Below are positions 34,418-45,811 of a stretch of DNA of 64,000 nucleotides, one piece after another. Made by a program: the position numbers and the translations under genes. Position 1 is the stretch's first letter. Each line of letters starts with the position of its first letter. Source of the stretch: Schizochytrium sp. TIO01 (lineage: Eukaryota > Protista > Bigyra: Labyrinthulomycetes); NCBI GenBank assembly GCA_004764695.1, contig SMSO01000006.1, positions 1,255,859 to 1,319,858 of the forward strand. Direction: 5' to 3'. Below the pieces are notes generated by a model that was not told the DNA's origin, made no database searches, and worked only from the letters and a program-made list of their open reading frames with translations.

Positions 34418-35344
34418 ATGGCGGTAGACTTGGAGAAAAAAGACATTTACGTTCTTATCGATGGAGAACTTCGCGTCACCATCCATGCCGATAACATTCA
34501 AGCTACTCGTGTATCTCTTGATGGACCGGCTACGCGACTAAATAAAATTAAGCTTGATATTGCATGTGAAGCGATCGAGAAGATGAAGACGAATGTTGAC
34601 CATGGTTTGGTTAAATATCTTACCGAGGAAATTAATAGACAGGAAGAAAACGTCGACAAGCTGCAAGAAAAACAGCACATCCTCTTTAAGCATGCCATTG
34701 GAATTGAGAAAAGGCTACAACTGGAACGTGATGCACGCGAATTTGAAAAGGTATGCATCAATGCTATGTACCAAGGAGCCATAGATGTTAGCGAAGCATT
34801 TACTCTGAGGGCTCGTTACGAAGCAGTCAAAGATGGTGACGGAAATTATCCCAACAGCAAAGTTCCAAAGTTTTACTCTAACAATAAAAAGAATTTAGCT
34901 AAAGAAGAACCCAACAGACAAACCATTAAAAACGCGAAATTTATCGTTCTCAACGTTTTGGAGCCAGAGAATGTTAAGCAAGATCAGCGCATTAAAGTGT
35001 CTGAACAATTAAGCACGAACAGTATCGCAACAGATTTTGGAGGCAGCGATGAACTCATAGAAGCAATGAGATACATAGATGGACTCAAGAAGGAACGTGG
35101 CAATGAAGTGTATGGAGACGCACATTGGAATTTTATGAATATTTTGAATGGAAAGCTTGAGATTGATAAATACCGTCAAACATTCAAAAAACTTATTGAA
35201 AAAGAAACCAAGGAAGTCTATACATCGCTTGAATATAGAAAGGAGAAACTAGAAACGTTTGAGCGCATGATGGATATTTTGTCAAAGTTACGCAAATACC
35301 TCATGTTTAAAGAGCCAAAACCTCAGCAAAATAAAGAAAACTAG
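34418..35344 (+). CDS. Hypothetical A-rich alpha-helical/coiled-coil protein, divergent from the nuclease-kinase gene
   Basis: 342-codon ORF (34316-35344), K/E-rich, no recognised family. Plausible ATG at 34418. An in-frame 51-codon ORF (ATG 34148) ends at a single TAG at 34301. Confidence 0.65.
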   Translation: MAVDLEKKDIYVLIDGELRVTIHADNIQATRVSLDGPATRLNKIKLDIACEAIEKMKTNVDHGLVKYLTEEINRQEENVDKLQEKQHILFKHAIGIEKRLQLERDAREFEKVCINAMYQGAIDVSEAFTLRARYEAVKDGDGNYPNSKVPKFYSNNKKNLAKEEPNRQTIKNAKFIVLNVLEPENVKQDQRIKVSEQLSTNSIATDFGGSDELIEAMRYIDGLKKERGNEVYGDAHWNFMNILNGKLEIDKYRQTFKKLIEKETKEVYTSLEYRKEKLETFERMMDILSKLRKYLMFKEPKPQQNKEN

Positions 35345-35431
35345 AGCATTTATAAAACGATTTTTTTTGTTTAAGGTAGGTAAAAGTATAGATAGTCCAT
35401 TTGACTACGTGTGCAAGCTTGATGCAATTCA

Positions 35432-36400
35432 TTAGTTTGCATGTGAAACTTGAACAAGCACTCGGACAATAAATGGCCTTGAAGACCCCGTGTGCATTTC
35501 AACGGCATTCACAAACCTCCAGAGGTTTTCGAGGTATCGAGGGTTTCGCAACGGCCAATGATACATTTTGAAGAGCGCCAATGCGAGAGCCTGTGAGGCG
35601 GATGCAACACTGGCTTGCGTAAGAGCATTAACGATGCCTGTTACAGAGCGTACTAGTTGCGTAACGAAGGGGTCGAGTTGGTCTCTTGCATCTTTGCGGC
35701 GCTGCACGCCAACAGAAGGTCATTTATGCACTGTCTCTTAGGACACAAGAATTCGTCTCAAAAAGTCAGTGCCTGTAGATTCTTTGATATTGTATTTCTT
35801 TTCCATCCCTGTTCGTCACACAATAATCAACAGTAAATTTATAACACAAAATTGAATACCAGACGAGAGTTAGCACGCATCATAGTTCTAAGTTGCATTC
35901 TGCACCATGAAGCAATCGGACACAACATCCTTTTCTACGATCATGGCTTCAAATAGCGAGCCAAAGCAATACAAAGGAGTCATGTCCATATAAACTGTAC
36001 AAATATCCTTGCCTGAATGTCTAAACTATAAAATTATCAAGCTAGCGATCGTAAGCATTTTCCAACCAAGTATATTCAACGTTTACACTCATAGTTGCTT
36101 CCAGAGCATGCTGAACTATTCTGTGCCGTAATGTTCAATACAACAAGTGAATTGGTCAAGTATATGATGTATGAGCAGCTTCCAAATAGGAGTCAAATTA
36201 TATTCAATAGGATACTGATTTTCTCTGTGATTCTTTGCAATTTGTCTGAGGTAATCCGTAGATTTGACAGACACCTGTTGGAGAGTTCACCATTCCATGA
36301 AGATACTGGATGGTTTTGTCAGTTATTTGGTCGATTCCAACACATTACCTTTCAAGAAAACATTTTAGTAGCTTAATTGATTGCGTTGGCTGGGCACTCA
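35432..36400 (-). pseudogene. Possible decayed coding relic, unknown family
   Basis: Protein-like minus-strand fragments (STDYLRQIAKNHRENQYPIEYNLTPIWKLLIHHILDQF ~36150-36270; RDQLDPFVTQLVRSV...NPRYLENLWRFVNAVE 35432-35707) separated by stops. Confidence 0.3.
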
Positions 36401-37567
36401 ATCAGTTGTGAACAACACCTGAAAAGTTTCGAACAGTAACAAAAAAACGAGCTCTGCTACCTCTATGATGAAACGAGTGCCGTCAGGTGCACTACTACCT
36501 ACAGATAGGAGAGCTGCACTGATAGGGGATGAAAAGCAAACATGTTTCAGTGAAACTAGAGCTGCTGCTACAGGCTATATGCGATATTTGCAGTACATAT
36601 TTCGATTAAAAGTCTCCTCTCGTGTACCTGCTATATGTTGACACAGAGGTTACACTATTCTTTCTCTCTCAGCGTATGAGCGTTGATAAAGGGACAAGAA
36701 AAGAAAAGCCTCCTCAGCCCCTTCCAAATTAAAGCTAGCTCGAGGGATTCTTCTTGCCAGTTGCTGGGCTTGATTCAATATGTTTTGGGAGGATCTTTTA
36801 AATCGGTGACCTTCGACTTCAAGTTGAAAAAAATTAAAGAGATAAAGACCTTCTGCACCTTATTGTTTTAGCATCGAGGAATGCCTTTGTTAAAATCATA
36901 ACTCCGAACGTTATAAAATGCTATCCTGCATTTCATAAAACTCTGAGCCCGTGCAACCATTCGGGCACGTCTAAAACCTTACATGATTTCTTCAAGTTGC
37001 TGGCCTCTCCCTATTATTCACTGCTCAGGCTTCATAGTTGTTCCACCCATGGTAAACTGCATACATCTTAACGATGTTGTTGCTACTTTCACAGGCATTC
37101 ATACTTAGGCTTATTCCAATTGGAATTTATTAAAGACGTAGGTACCACATGCTACTATGAGTGATTGTTGTAACTTGAGTTTTTACCAATCATGTCAAAG
37201 AATTGCGATGAGGAGCCTCTGACTAGTGAGAGTGCTTCGCCTCTCATGGTGGCATTGTTCCGGGAATGAGCTAAGGGCCTTTAGCAGGTCGTACTAGTAG
37301 CACAAAAAGAAAAGAAAAAGAAAAATGTAATAGAAATAGTGAACGAATGACTGACTGAATGAATGAAAGTGACATTAAATTCACGGCTCGCTCGGAATCA
37401 CTGCCGCCGAGATGAACTTCTCATTCTGAGCTGCGCAAACCTGGGTTTGAGTAAATCCCAAACTAGTGGCTTCACATAGACCTCATAGCTTTGGCAGGCA
37501 GAGCAGCTACGTTTGCGAGTGTAGAAGCAACAGACGTAGTTCTTACTTTCGTGAGGTAAAGGACAGA

Positions 37568-38640
37568 ATGGGTGGCGGTGCAGAGGAAAATGGCGGCGAT
37601 GTGGTCGTAGGCGTGCTCGCGCTTCAGGGTGCTTTCAAGCAGCATGTGCAGCTATTTGAAAAGCTTGGCATCAAGGCCATGGAGATCCGTGTGCCGGAAG
37701 AGCTTGCGCAAGTCAACGCTCTTGTACTCCCTGGAGGTGAGAGTACCGCCATCGCGCTCGTGGCTCGCCGCACCGGAATGGTAAGTGCACTGAGAAATAA
37801 TACAACGCGTACTACAAGGTAAAATGTCCTACGCAACGCACTGCAACATAGCCTAGTGCATCGAAGATGGAATGGGATCTAAATGTGATTGAAAAATCTG
37901 TGAAGAACTCAGGAAAACGTATAAGACTATTGAGGATGGACAACGTGGATGACTGACATGCTTGCAACTGGTTATGTGAATGAACAGATGGAGCCCCTTC
38001 GCGAGTGGGTGGCCAGTGGCAAGCCGATTTGGGGTACATGCGCTGGCATGATCCTTCTTGCCGATAAGATCACTGGCAAGATGAAGGTACGAGAACCTGT
38101 GAGCTGAAGACCCGACTCCAATTTGTATCGCCTTGTTGATCAATATATGAAATCAACGAGGAGCGGGTGCTGTCTCTGAGAACCAGGGCCCATAGACTAA
38201 CTTATTCGCACACTTTCATGTGTGGATTCCCTTTTTTTACATGCCTGCAATATTAAACTCGACAGGAAGGCCAAGAACTTATTGGTGGCTTCCATGGCGT
38301 TGTGAGCCGTAACTTCTTTGGTTCTCAGCTCGGCAGTTTCTCTGCGGATCTAGAGAGCCCTTTGAATGACCTCGACTCCTCGGAGAAGAAGCACTACCGG
38401 GCTGTCTTTATTCGTGCCCCGGTTCTTCTTGAGTATGGTGATGATGTGAAGGTTCTGGCCACTGTTATCCCGCACAAGGATTCTCAGGAAGCTGATGCTA
38501 AGGTTGATGCTCATGAGCCTGTGGTCGTGGCCGCTGAGCAGAAAAGCATCCTTATTACATCTTTTCATCCCGAGCTGACTGAAGATGCTACCTGGCACCA
38601 ATACTTTTACCACTTTGCTAGCAAGGTCCTCAAGGCCTAA
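37568..38640 (+). CDS. PDX2: Pyridoxal 5'-phosphate synthase glutaminase subunit (PDX2/SNO), 228 aa; exons 37568-37780, 37988-38086, 38266-38640
   Basis: Motifs [30 protein letters not shown] (catalytic Cys), RNFFGSQ, AVFIRAP, SFHPELT. Two phase-0 GT-AG introns (GTAAGT...CAG; GTACGA...CAG) join the frames cleanly. Confidence 0.95.
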
Positions 38641-39414
38641 GGTGTGCAAGCTTACCACCTTTGCTTTCACGGAAGGAAATCTCATTCAAGATTACTATGC
38701 GGGGCGCTCAAGTGTTACGTTTCGCAAATTATGTATGGTATGCGCATAGGCAAAATATTCTGTTTTGAACTCGCTCTTTTTCTCGATCCTACCGTTTTGC
38801 TTAAAATGAAACAATGTGCTCAACTTCACATTGTTCATCTTGTTTTCAAATCTGTAATGACGCATTCATGAAAGCTCCATAGCATTTGCTTATGAGTCTC
38901 ACCATATTTCAAGAGGCCGGAAAAGGTACTCCTTTCCAAAGTGCCATCGGTTTGCCATATTTCGCAGTATATATATGCAGTAGACAACTGTCTAGGTAAA
39001 AAGTCAAATTTGCGAATGGGAGCCTATATGGAAAACAATCCCATGACTGCCTCAGTTCAACTGTCGCTCGCTCGGTGGTTGTGCATCTATAAGGCTCATG
39101 CGGTAAAGAGCATTAAGAAAGAATTGTTTAGTATCTCGAAGTAAGAAAAATGACATGCTTAAAATATTATCTTGAAAAAGAGCTTGTAAGTAAAATATCA
39201 TTAAGAGTATTTATTACATAGTAGGCTTTTATGCTAAGCTAGAGACTACTCACAGTCAGAGTTGACCTGTTTATATCCGGTGAGGGTACAAACATTTCAT
39301 TTGCCACTTGAGCTGTTGTTGTCTTACCAGTTCACAAAAGTATTATATATATTAAATTGTACCTTGACACTAAAGTAAAGAGGTAATGGATCAGGTGTAC
39401 ACATCTTTAAGATC

Positions 39415-42306
39415 ATGACAGAGAGGCGTAGCGAAGATACGAAAGCACCTTTGATGAACGTAGTGCCACGTCCACGAAGGACGGAGCACCATGCTAAGCT
39501 TCCACCGGCCCCGCGTGATCCTCTCGAGCGCCGCACTACATTTATGCTTCGATGGGATGTGATCCAAGATGATATTCTAAAAGCTCAACCGCCAAGCAAA
39601 TCAAGCACCATGACACCTATACCGTCCATGTCATCTTTACCATCGTTCCGGCGTGGCCGCTCTACACGAAAGAGTGTCTTCGCTCGCAACCAAGCTCCAT
39701 CAACTTTCTTTCGAAGTATACGAAGGAATTCTCTAACAGAGGATGATGAGGATCCCGCAGAAATTCTGAATTACAAACTTCAAAATGATGACGTGATGTA
39801 CGAAAACCCTCTAACCTGCATCCAGAAAGTGCTTTCACTGTTCTTTACTACTCAACAAGGATTCGTCGTTCCCTCGAGCGAGGGTCTGGTGGCATGGTCA
39901 TTTCTAATTGGCTTTGCTATGTTGTATATCTTGTTGATTGCCCCCATGCGCTTAGCCACGAATGACTTAACATCATCACCTCCAGCAATTTATGTGGTGT
40001 TGGATGTATGCACGACCTTGATATTTATTAGTGACATTATTATTCAATTCCATTTAGGAGTGGTAAATCCGCGAACTCGCGAAGAGGATATAGAGCGAAT
40101 CCGTCACCGTTATATTCATACACGAATAATTCGCGATGTCCTTGGGTGCATTCCAGTTGAGATTCTTGCGATTCTCTTTACCGGGTCACATCAAAGCGCA
40201 AAATCTTTTTTCCGATTTCTAGGTGTATTACGTCTATCGCGTGGTACACATGTTTTAAGGCTTGAAACAGTGCTTGCTGGAGAACTGTTTAACTTTAACC
40301 GTGGAGTTCGCCGTCTGATTGTCACAGTAGTTTTTGTCCCACTACTATCGCATCTGGCAGGTTGCCTTTGGCTTTTCCTTTCGAATAATAAACATAATCC
40401 GAACGAGGTTGATTCATGGTGGGAAATTGCAGAACAGAATGTGTTCAACTATGTTGGGACTTCTGTAGATAAATATATGGCATCTATTTTGTGGTCTGTG
40501 TCAACGCTTACTACAGTTGGGTTTGGAGAATTCACAGGAGCAAACAGTGAAGAATATTTTATTTCATGTCTCACCTGCGTAAGCGGTTCTGTAATAAGTG
40601 GAATTCTCATTGCTCAGACGAGTAGTATCGTCCAAGATATGAACGAAGCCAGGCATCAGATTGAACTCCGAATGCATTCGTTACGTGCGTATCTACGTTA
40701 TCGCCGTGTGCCAAAGGAGCTACAAATCCGCCTTCTCAGGTATTTTAGACATCTCTATGAACGCCGAGCACATTTCGATGAAAAATCTATTCTGGAGTCG
40801 ATGACATCGGATTTACGTCGTGCTTTAAGTCTTTATTTATTAGAAGATACCCTCCAGGACTTGGACATTTTTCGTGGCATTTCCGACACACATCTAGTTG
40901 CTCGATTGCTTGCAGTGCTCAAACCAATGTCGATTACTTCAGGTACAATTATTATTCGAAAGGGAGAACCTGTCACAGAAATGTACTTTATTGTTCGAGG
41001 AACTGTAGAAGTGTTAGCAAGTGAGCCGAATAGCAACATTTCACCCGCTGATTCAGAGATTGAAAATAATACTAGAGTCATAGCAACATTGGGTGCAGGC
41101 AACCACTTTGGAGAGTTGTCATTGGGAGGTCTCGCAGCTAAGCGGAGCTTGCATTTGGTTACCGTGAGGGCAATAACAAGCGCTGATCTCTTTTCATTGT
41201 CCCAGCAGCACCTTATTGAACTTGCCCAGAAGTTCCCAGTTTTTAAAACAAGATTGGAAAGTTTTAAGAAACACAAGGAAGCAGCATTGAAGGCATTAGA
41301 AGAAGAGTGTAATGCCACGAAGGTTGTGGATGTTGGAGATAAAGTTGACTTGAGTAGTCTACAAGCCAAGTCAAGCAGTGGGAAAAGGCAAAGTATCATT
41401 CGTTCCTCATTTGAAAAGCTTCAGTCATCTTTTAAGCATGGTTTGCCATCTTTCGAAAAAAGGCCTACCGATGACTCTCTCTCTGAAGTACCAGTACTTC
41501 GGTCTGATAAAATGAAACCTGTTTCAAACCCTACGCGAAACTCAATAGTGTATACCAATTCGAAAACCGATACACTTGCTCTTTTATCAGTGAATATGAA
41601 CCTTGCTACGCAAAGTTCTACCTCAAGTTTGCCAATTATATCTGGAGCCGCGAGTGGAGAGGAGTTTCACAGCAAGCGTACGCAACACAATTTTGATACA
41701 GAAATCGAAAATGCAACAGTGGAACCCAAATTATCTATTAGAGGTAGTGATTTCCCAGAAATGTCTTTAGGAAATGATATTGCCAAGGGTGGGGACACAT
41801 ACAAAGAACATGATACGGTACCCTGGCCAGATCCAACTCAAGATGATCTTTTAGAACAGTCTGACATTCTGTCAATGACAGAGCCAACAGAGGCATGGTC
41901 TCCGAAAACAATAATGAGTCCAGAAGCCCCTTGGAATATGCCTGTGAGTCAACTCTATAAGCCACAACTTTTAAGCAGTGTTCTGGATGCTTCGGCTACC
42001 ATAGCAACAGCTAGAACGCTCAATATTGATCAAGAGGAAATCCCGATTCCCACATCTCCAAGTCCTGTTCCCGGTTTGCATCTTGAAAACATGACTGTCT
42101 TACCTCCAAACATTTTATTTTCTGACGAGGAAAATACTTCCATATCTCGGAGCACAAGTATCTGGTCCGGAGATTCTGAAACACAACGACATGAGTTGCT
42201 GCAGGATCTATTACAAGTGGCACATGAGCAGAGTACAAAGATTTCTCATTTAAGGGAGATGTTGCTGCGTCGCCAAAAGGTAAAAAGTGTAATTAGCCTG
42301 ATTTGA
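39415..42306 (+). CDS. Voltage-gated K+ channel with cyclic-nucleotide-binding domain (EAG/HCN/CNG-like)
   Basis: Six TM segments, S4 RFLGVLRLSR, pore WSVSTLTTVGFGE, C-linker YLRYRRVPKELQIRLLRYF, CNBD EMYFIVRGTVEV...LGAGNHFGELSL, long disordered tail. Confidence 0.92.
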   Translation: MTERRSEDTKAPLMNVVPRPRRTEHHAKLPPAPRDPLERRTTFMLRWDVIQDDILKAQPPSKSSTMTPIPSMSSLPSFRRGRSTRKSVFARNQAPSTFFRSIRRNSLTEDDEDPAEILNYKLQNDDVMYENPLTCIQKVLSLFFTTQQGFVVPSSEGLVAWSFLIGFAMLYILLIAPMRLATNDLTSSPPAIYVVLDVCTTLIFISDIIIQFHLGVVNPRTREEDIERIRHRYIHTRIIRDVLGCIPVEILAILFTGSHQSAKSFFRFLGVLRLSRGTHVLRLETVLAGELFNFNRGVRRLIVTVVFVPLLSHLAGCLWLFLSNNKHNPNEVDSWWEIAEQNVFNYVGTSVDKYMASILWSVSTLTTVGFGEFTGANSEEYFISCLTCVSGSVISGILIAQTSSIVQDMNEARHQIELRMHSLRAYLRYRRVPKELQIRLLRYFRHLYERRAHFDEKSILESMTSDLRRALSLYLLEDTLQDLDIFRGISDTHLVARLLAVLKPMSITSGTIIIRKGEPVTEMYFIVRGTVEVLASEPNSNISPADSEIENNTRVIATLGAGNHFGELSLGGLAAKRSLHLVTVRAITSADLFSLSQQHLIELAQKFPVFKTRLESFKKHKEAALKALEEECNATKVVDVGDKVDLSSLQAKSSSGKRQSIIRSSFEKLQSSFKHGLPSFEKRPTDDSLSEVPVLRSDKMKPVSNPTRNSIVYTNSKTDTLALLSVNMNLATQSSTSSLPIISGAASGEEFHSKRTQHNFDTEIENATVEPKLSIRGSDFPEMSLGNDIAKGGDTYKEHDTVPWPDPTQDDLLEQSDILSMTEPTEAWSPKTIMSPEAPWNMPVSQLYKPQLLSSVLDASATIATARTLNIDQEEIPIPTSPSPVPGLHLENMTVLPPNILFSDEENTSISRSTSIWSGDSETQRHELLQDLLQVAHEQSTKISHLREMLLRRQKVKSVISLI

Positions 42307-42470
42307 TAATAGTATGTTCCAATGATTCCATTCCTTGCAATGAAGCAAGGGAAAACGGATTTGATCATGTTTCCTATCATACCGTTCAGGGTTGCTTACA
42401 TTGGAAGGCAGGAAATTAATCACAAAACTCGTACAAATTAGCATTGAATTTTACTTAACATGGAGATTTA

Positions 42471-44081
42471 TCAATTGCCGCTTCCTAATTGAATTTGTTT
42501 TCGATACCAGTCTTCAATATTTGAAGCCATGTCGTCGTCAGCATCGGTGCTCGTTTTCAAAGCGCCAGGTGTTGAATATTGGTCTTTATAGTGAAAGTTG
42601 GCTTCCATATATTTACTCTTGTGTGCAGCGGTGGAAGCGGCTGGTTCTATATTATCATTTTGGGGTGTCTTGGTTTTAGTATCCAACAAGTCACCATCTT
42701 GATGGTACGCTGAATAGAAGTCTGTAGAAAAAACATCTGAAAATGCAGTGCTACTTGGAAAGTCATCGGAGCTCGTTTTCGTTTGTATGGGCTGATCCCA
42801 GAGAGATGAGGATTGTTGTTCTGTTACTGAATCCACATCTTTAAGGCTATTCTTCTCGCCGTCTATTGGTGTCGTTGGGGCAAACGGTAATGAAAATTCT
42901 GGGGCAGGAGACTTGAGGAAGCTCATGTCATGAGGTAGTAAGCCTCCATCGGATGATGAGAGAAAATCTTCGGCTCCTTGGATTGCATGACCATTTTGTA
43001 CTATCTGCCTTGCCATTTCAACAATGTCACTGTCGCTCATTTTCTTTGCGCTCTTTTTGGTCATTCTTTTGCTGCCTTTGTTGTTATTATGGAGACTGTC
43101 TGACGATTGATCCCTGGGAATTTGACTAGCTCGTTGTTTCGCATGCTTAACATTGTTTGCAGAATTCACCTCGTATGAACTCTTGATTTGCTGAATTCTT
43201 GAGTTAAAGTCTACTGGGACTGTCAAATCTGCAGCAGGATCTTGGTATTTAGAGGCGTCTGCTTGAATTGGTGGCAGCTTTGTAGGCCGCTTATGCCGAT
43301 TGGCCTCTTCATGTTCTCGTAGCTGTTGAGCGTAGCGCTGCTGACGTTCCTTGAGTCCACGATCTAGTTCACGTTTATGCTTTTCTTTCCTACGTTGCTC
43401 TTTTCTTTTCTTTTGTGTTTCCTCTGCCTGAACTGAGCGCTTCCATTCAATGAGTTGCTTAGATCGTTCTTCTCTCTCTTTATCAAATACTCGGCGTCGC
43501 CGTTCTTGTTTAAGACGCTCACCTTCTGCTTCTTGTTCCCGTAGAGCCTCCAAATCTAGCTGAATTTGTTTCCTTTGGCGAATTTTCTCTTCAAATCGTT
43601 GTCGAGCACGGGCAACAGCCTCTGACTCAGCATTGTCAGAGGCTGGCAAGGATGCAGTGCTGCCGCTGCGATGAGTTGAAGACCCGGAGTTTAAATAGCT
43701 TGAAGCAGATGCTGCACGCATTTTCTTTTGGTTGAATGTGCGATCCTGATGTTGGGACTGGTGGTCATTGTTGTTGTTATTATTATTACTATAAATGCGG
43801 CTGTGGCTACTAGCAGAACCCAGGCTATTCGAGCTCGTGCTGCGTGGTATAATTTCATGGTTTCCATTGGGAGAGACATCAGATTTTAAGCTTCGAAGCT
43901 TGCCCCCCCGCACAACTTCCCGAGCTTGTAGGCCAGCAATGACTTCTTTCGCTGATCTTGAGCGCTCTAGCCTTTTCACGAGAGCTCCTTTAGTCATTGT
44001 GCTGCTTCCGCCTGAATGTTGATCGCGTGTGGACCCACCCAGCCGTTCCACCAAAGGTTTACGCATACGATGATACTCCAT
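42471..44081 (-). CDS. Hypothetical protein with charged coiled-coil region
   Basis: 548-codon ORF (open to 44117, first ATG 44081) with an E/K/R-rich helical core; no family recognised. Confidence 0.75.
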   Translation of the reverse strand: MEYHRMRKPLVERLGGSTRDQHSGGSSTMTKGALVKRLERSRSAKEVIAGLQAREVVRGGKLRSLKSDVSPNGNHEIIPRSTSSNSLGSASSHSRIYSNNNNNNNDHQSQHQDRTFNQKKMRAASASSYLNSGSSTHRSGSTASLPASDNAESEAVARARQRFEEKIRQRKQIQLDLEALREQEAEGERLKQERRRRVFDKEREERSKQLIEWKRSVQAEETQKKRKEQRRKEKHKRELDRGLKERQQRYAQQLREHEEANRHKRPTKLPPIQADASKYQDPAADLTVPVDFNSRIQQIKSSYEVNSANNVKHAKQRASQIPRDQSSDSLHNNNKGSKRMTKKSAKKMSDSDIVEMARQIVQNGHAIQGAEDFLSSSDGGLLPHDMSFLKSPAPEFSLPFAPTTPIDGEKNSLKDVDSVTEQQSSSLWDQPIQTKTSSDDFPSSTAFSDVFSTDFYSAYHQDGDLLDTKTKTPQNDNIEPAASTAAHKSKYMEANFHYKDQYSTPGALKTSTDADDDMASNIEDWYRKQIQLGSGN

Positions 44082-45007
44082 TGCGTTCTCTTCCCTCTCC
44101 AAATTCAAGCTTGCCAATGAGCTTGCCCTCCCCAGCGATTATGCCGCGAGGTAAAGGCCTCGGCGCCTTGGCTTACGCGTGAGATGATCTGTTCTTGGGC
44201 AATGTGTCAGCCAGTTCTCCTATTTCGAGCGTTCTTAAAGCGCAGGTTTGCGATCCGTTGAGATATTGTCATTTCCATTAGTTCTACTCTAATTTTTTCA
44301 ATTTATTATTTCCACTTTATTTACATAAAGTTTCTTTTAAAAATAAAAAGAAGATTCAAGTTGTTCAAGTTGAAGAAGCCAAGTTTTTAAAATCAAGACT
44401 AACATGGAAGGATGCTCTAGAAGAACCATGGTAATTTACTGCACGCACACACATTAAGAATGAATCTAAACAGTCCCTTGACTTGGAATCAAACAAGACA
44501 AGCTACCTCTGCAATATCTGTGATTAAACCTTTATTATAGTACATTTGCATTACTCTACAGTAGTAATTAAGGATCCTGCAATCGTTCCGGGATAGTGTT
44601 CTACACAAATGGATTGCACCAAGCCTTGTCTATCATCTGAACTATTTTAGTTTTCTGAGTAGCAAAGCTCTACTTTAGACAGGTAAGGTATCGTAGCAGT
44701 GCTATGAGATCTATTTTTTTTCAAAATTGATGTATTATTGTTTTTACAAAAGTCTATCAGTAGATTTGATGCAAAGTATCATCTGTTATTTTATCTTGTT
44801 CATATCAAGTGCACTATCTAACCATGTCAACCCTTTATTTGCTCTTTACACAGACTGGGTCATCTTCTTTGTGAAGTTCTTTATTCTAATTGATGGGTTG
44901 CCTAAGGTTAACAACATGTTGGTCTTCTATTTAGCATGCGTGTTTTGTTAGCGGAATCTCGTTCAATTCAGAACTCAACGTAATACTAACGTTTCTTTGT
45001 TAATTGC

Positions 45008-45811
45008 TCAGGCAGCTGCATCCTCGGCAAGCTCTTCTGATATCTCCTGGATTCTGGGTTCACTATCTTCTGCAGCAGCAGAGCGCTCAGCTGCGGCCTT
45101 AGCTCGCGCATGGTGACGTTTGGCAAGGACGTCGGCAAGGTTCTTGGCCCATACAAGCTCACGCTCGTCCGATGGTTCTTCGATGTCTCCCAAAGGAAGC
45201 CAATCCGCAAACTCCCGCTCAATTTCCTCAATCGAGGAATCCAAACTTTTGGCAGACACATCAACTTGGGATCGAATTTGGGGCCAGACAATAGGAAGAT
45301 ACGAGGCTCCAAGAGTTTTCGTGATCTTGGCAGCGTTGCCTTGGCTTTGTACCTTGCCTGAGACGAAGTGCGCGACTTTGTATGCCATAATCTCATCCAT
45401 TCTGCTTGATGCAGATTGGTTTTCTTGTTGACCACTGGCATTTGACCATTGAAGTGGGTCTTGCAATGCATGAGCATTGATTGAGCGCAGTACAACTCCT
45501 GCAAGCTTGAGACGCTTAGCCGCATCCATCTGAGAAACCTTGGGTTTATCTTTGTTGAAATAATCTTCGATTTCCTGGCTGTCGAGCTTCTTTAATTTTC
45601 CATCAGCTCCAATGGTTGCTCCACCACGTGGGAATTGAGCCTTCACTTGCTCCGCAGATATTTCCGGTGCTTTATTTGGTGCTGTCTGTGCTTGTGCCAT
45701 GCGCAAGCTTAGCAAGTTTCGCATGGCGCTATCGAGTTTGGGCTGCTCTTGCAACAGGTCCGAGGCCGCTTCTTGCATACGGACCTCCGCCGATTTAATT
45801 GGGGCTGCCAT
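45008..45811 (-). CDS. Hypothetical protein, 267 aa
   Basis: ATG in AAAATGG context, protein-like composition, no recognised motif. Confidence 0.75.
   Translation of the reverse strand: MAAPIKSAEVRMQEAASDLLQEQPKLDSAMRNLLSLRMAQAQTAPNKAPEISAEQVKAQFPRGGATIGADGKLKKLDSQEIEDYFNKDKPKVSQMDAAKRLKLAGVVLRSINAHALQDPLQWSNASGQQENQSASSRMDEIMAYKVAHFVSGKVQSQGNAAKITKTLGASYLPIVWPQIRSQVDVSAKSLDSSIEEIEREFADWLPLGDIEEPSDERELVWAKNLADVLAKRHHARAKAAAERSAAAEDSEPRIQEISEELAEDAAA

Noticed and set aside
36460-36528. C/D snoRNA-like arrangement (ATGATGA...CTGA with short terminal stem)
   Set aside because: No clear C'/D' boxes and no convincing rRNA guide could be established; such boxes arise by chance. A snoscan/Infernal hit would revive it.
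35400-39400. PDX1/SNZ gene clustered with PDX2 as in fungi and bacteria
   Set aside because: No PDX1 motifs found on either side within the window.
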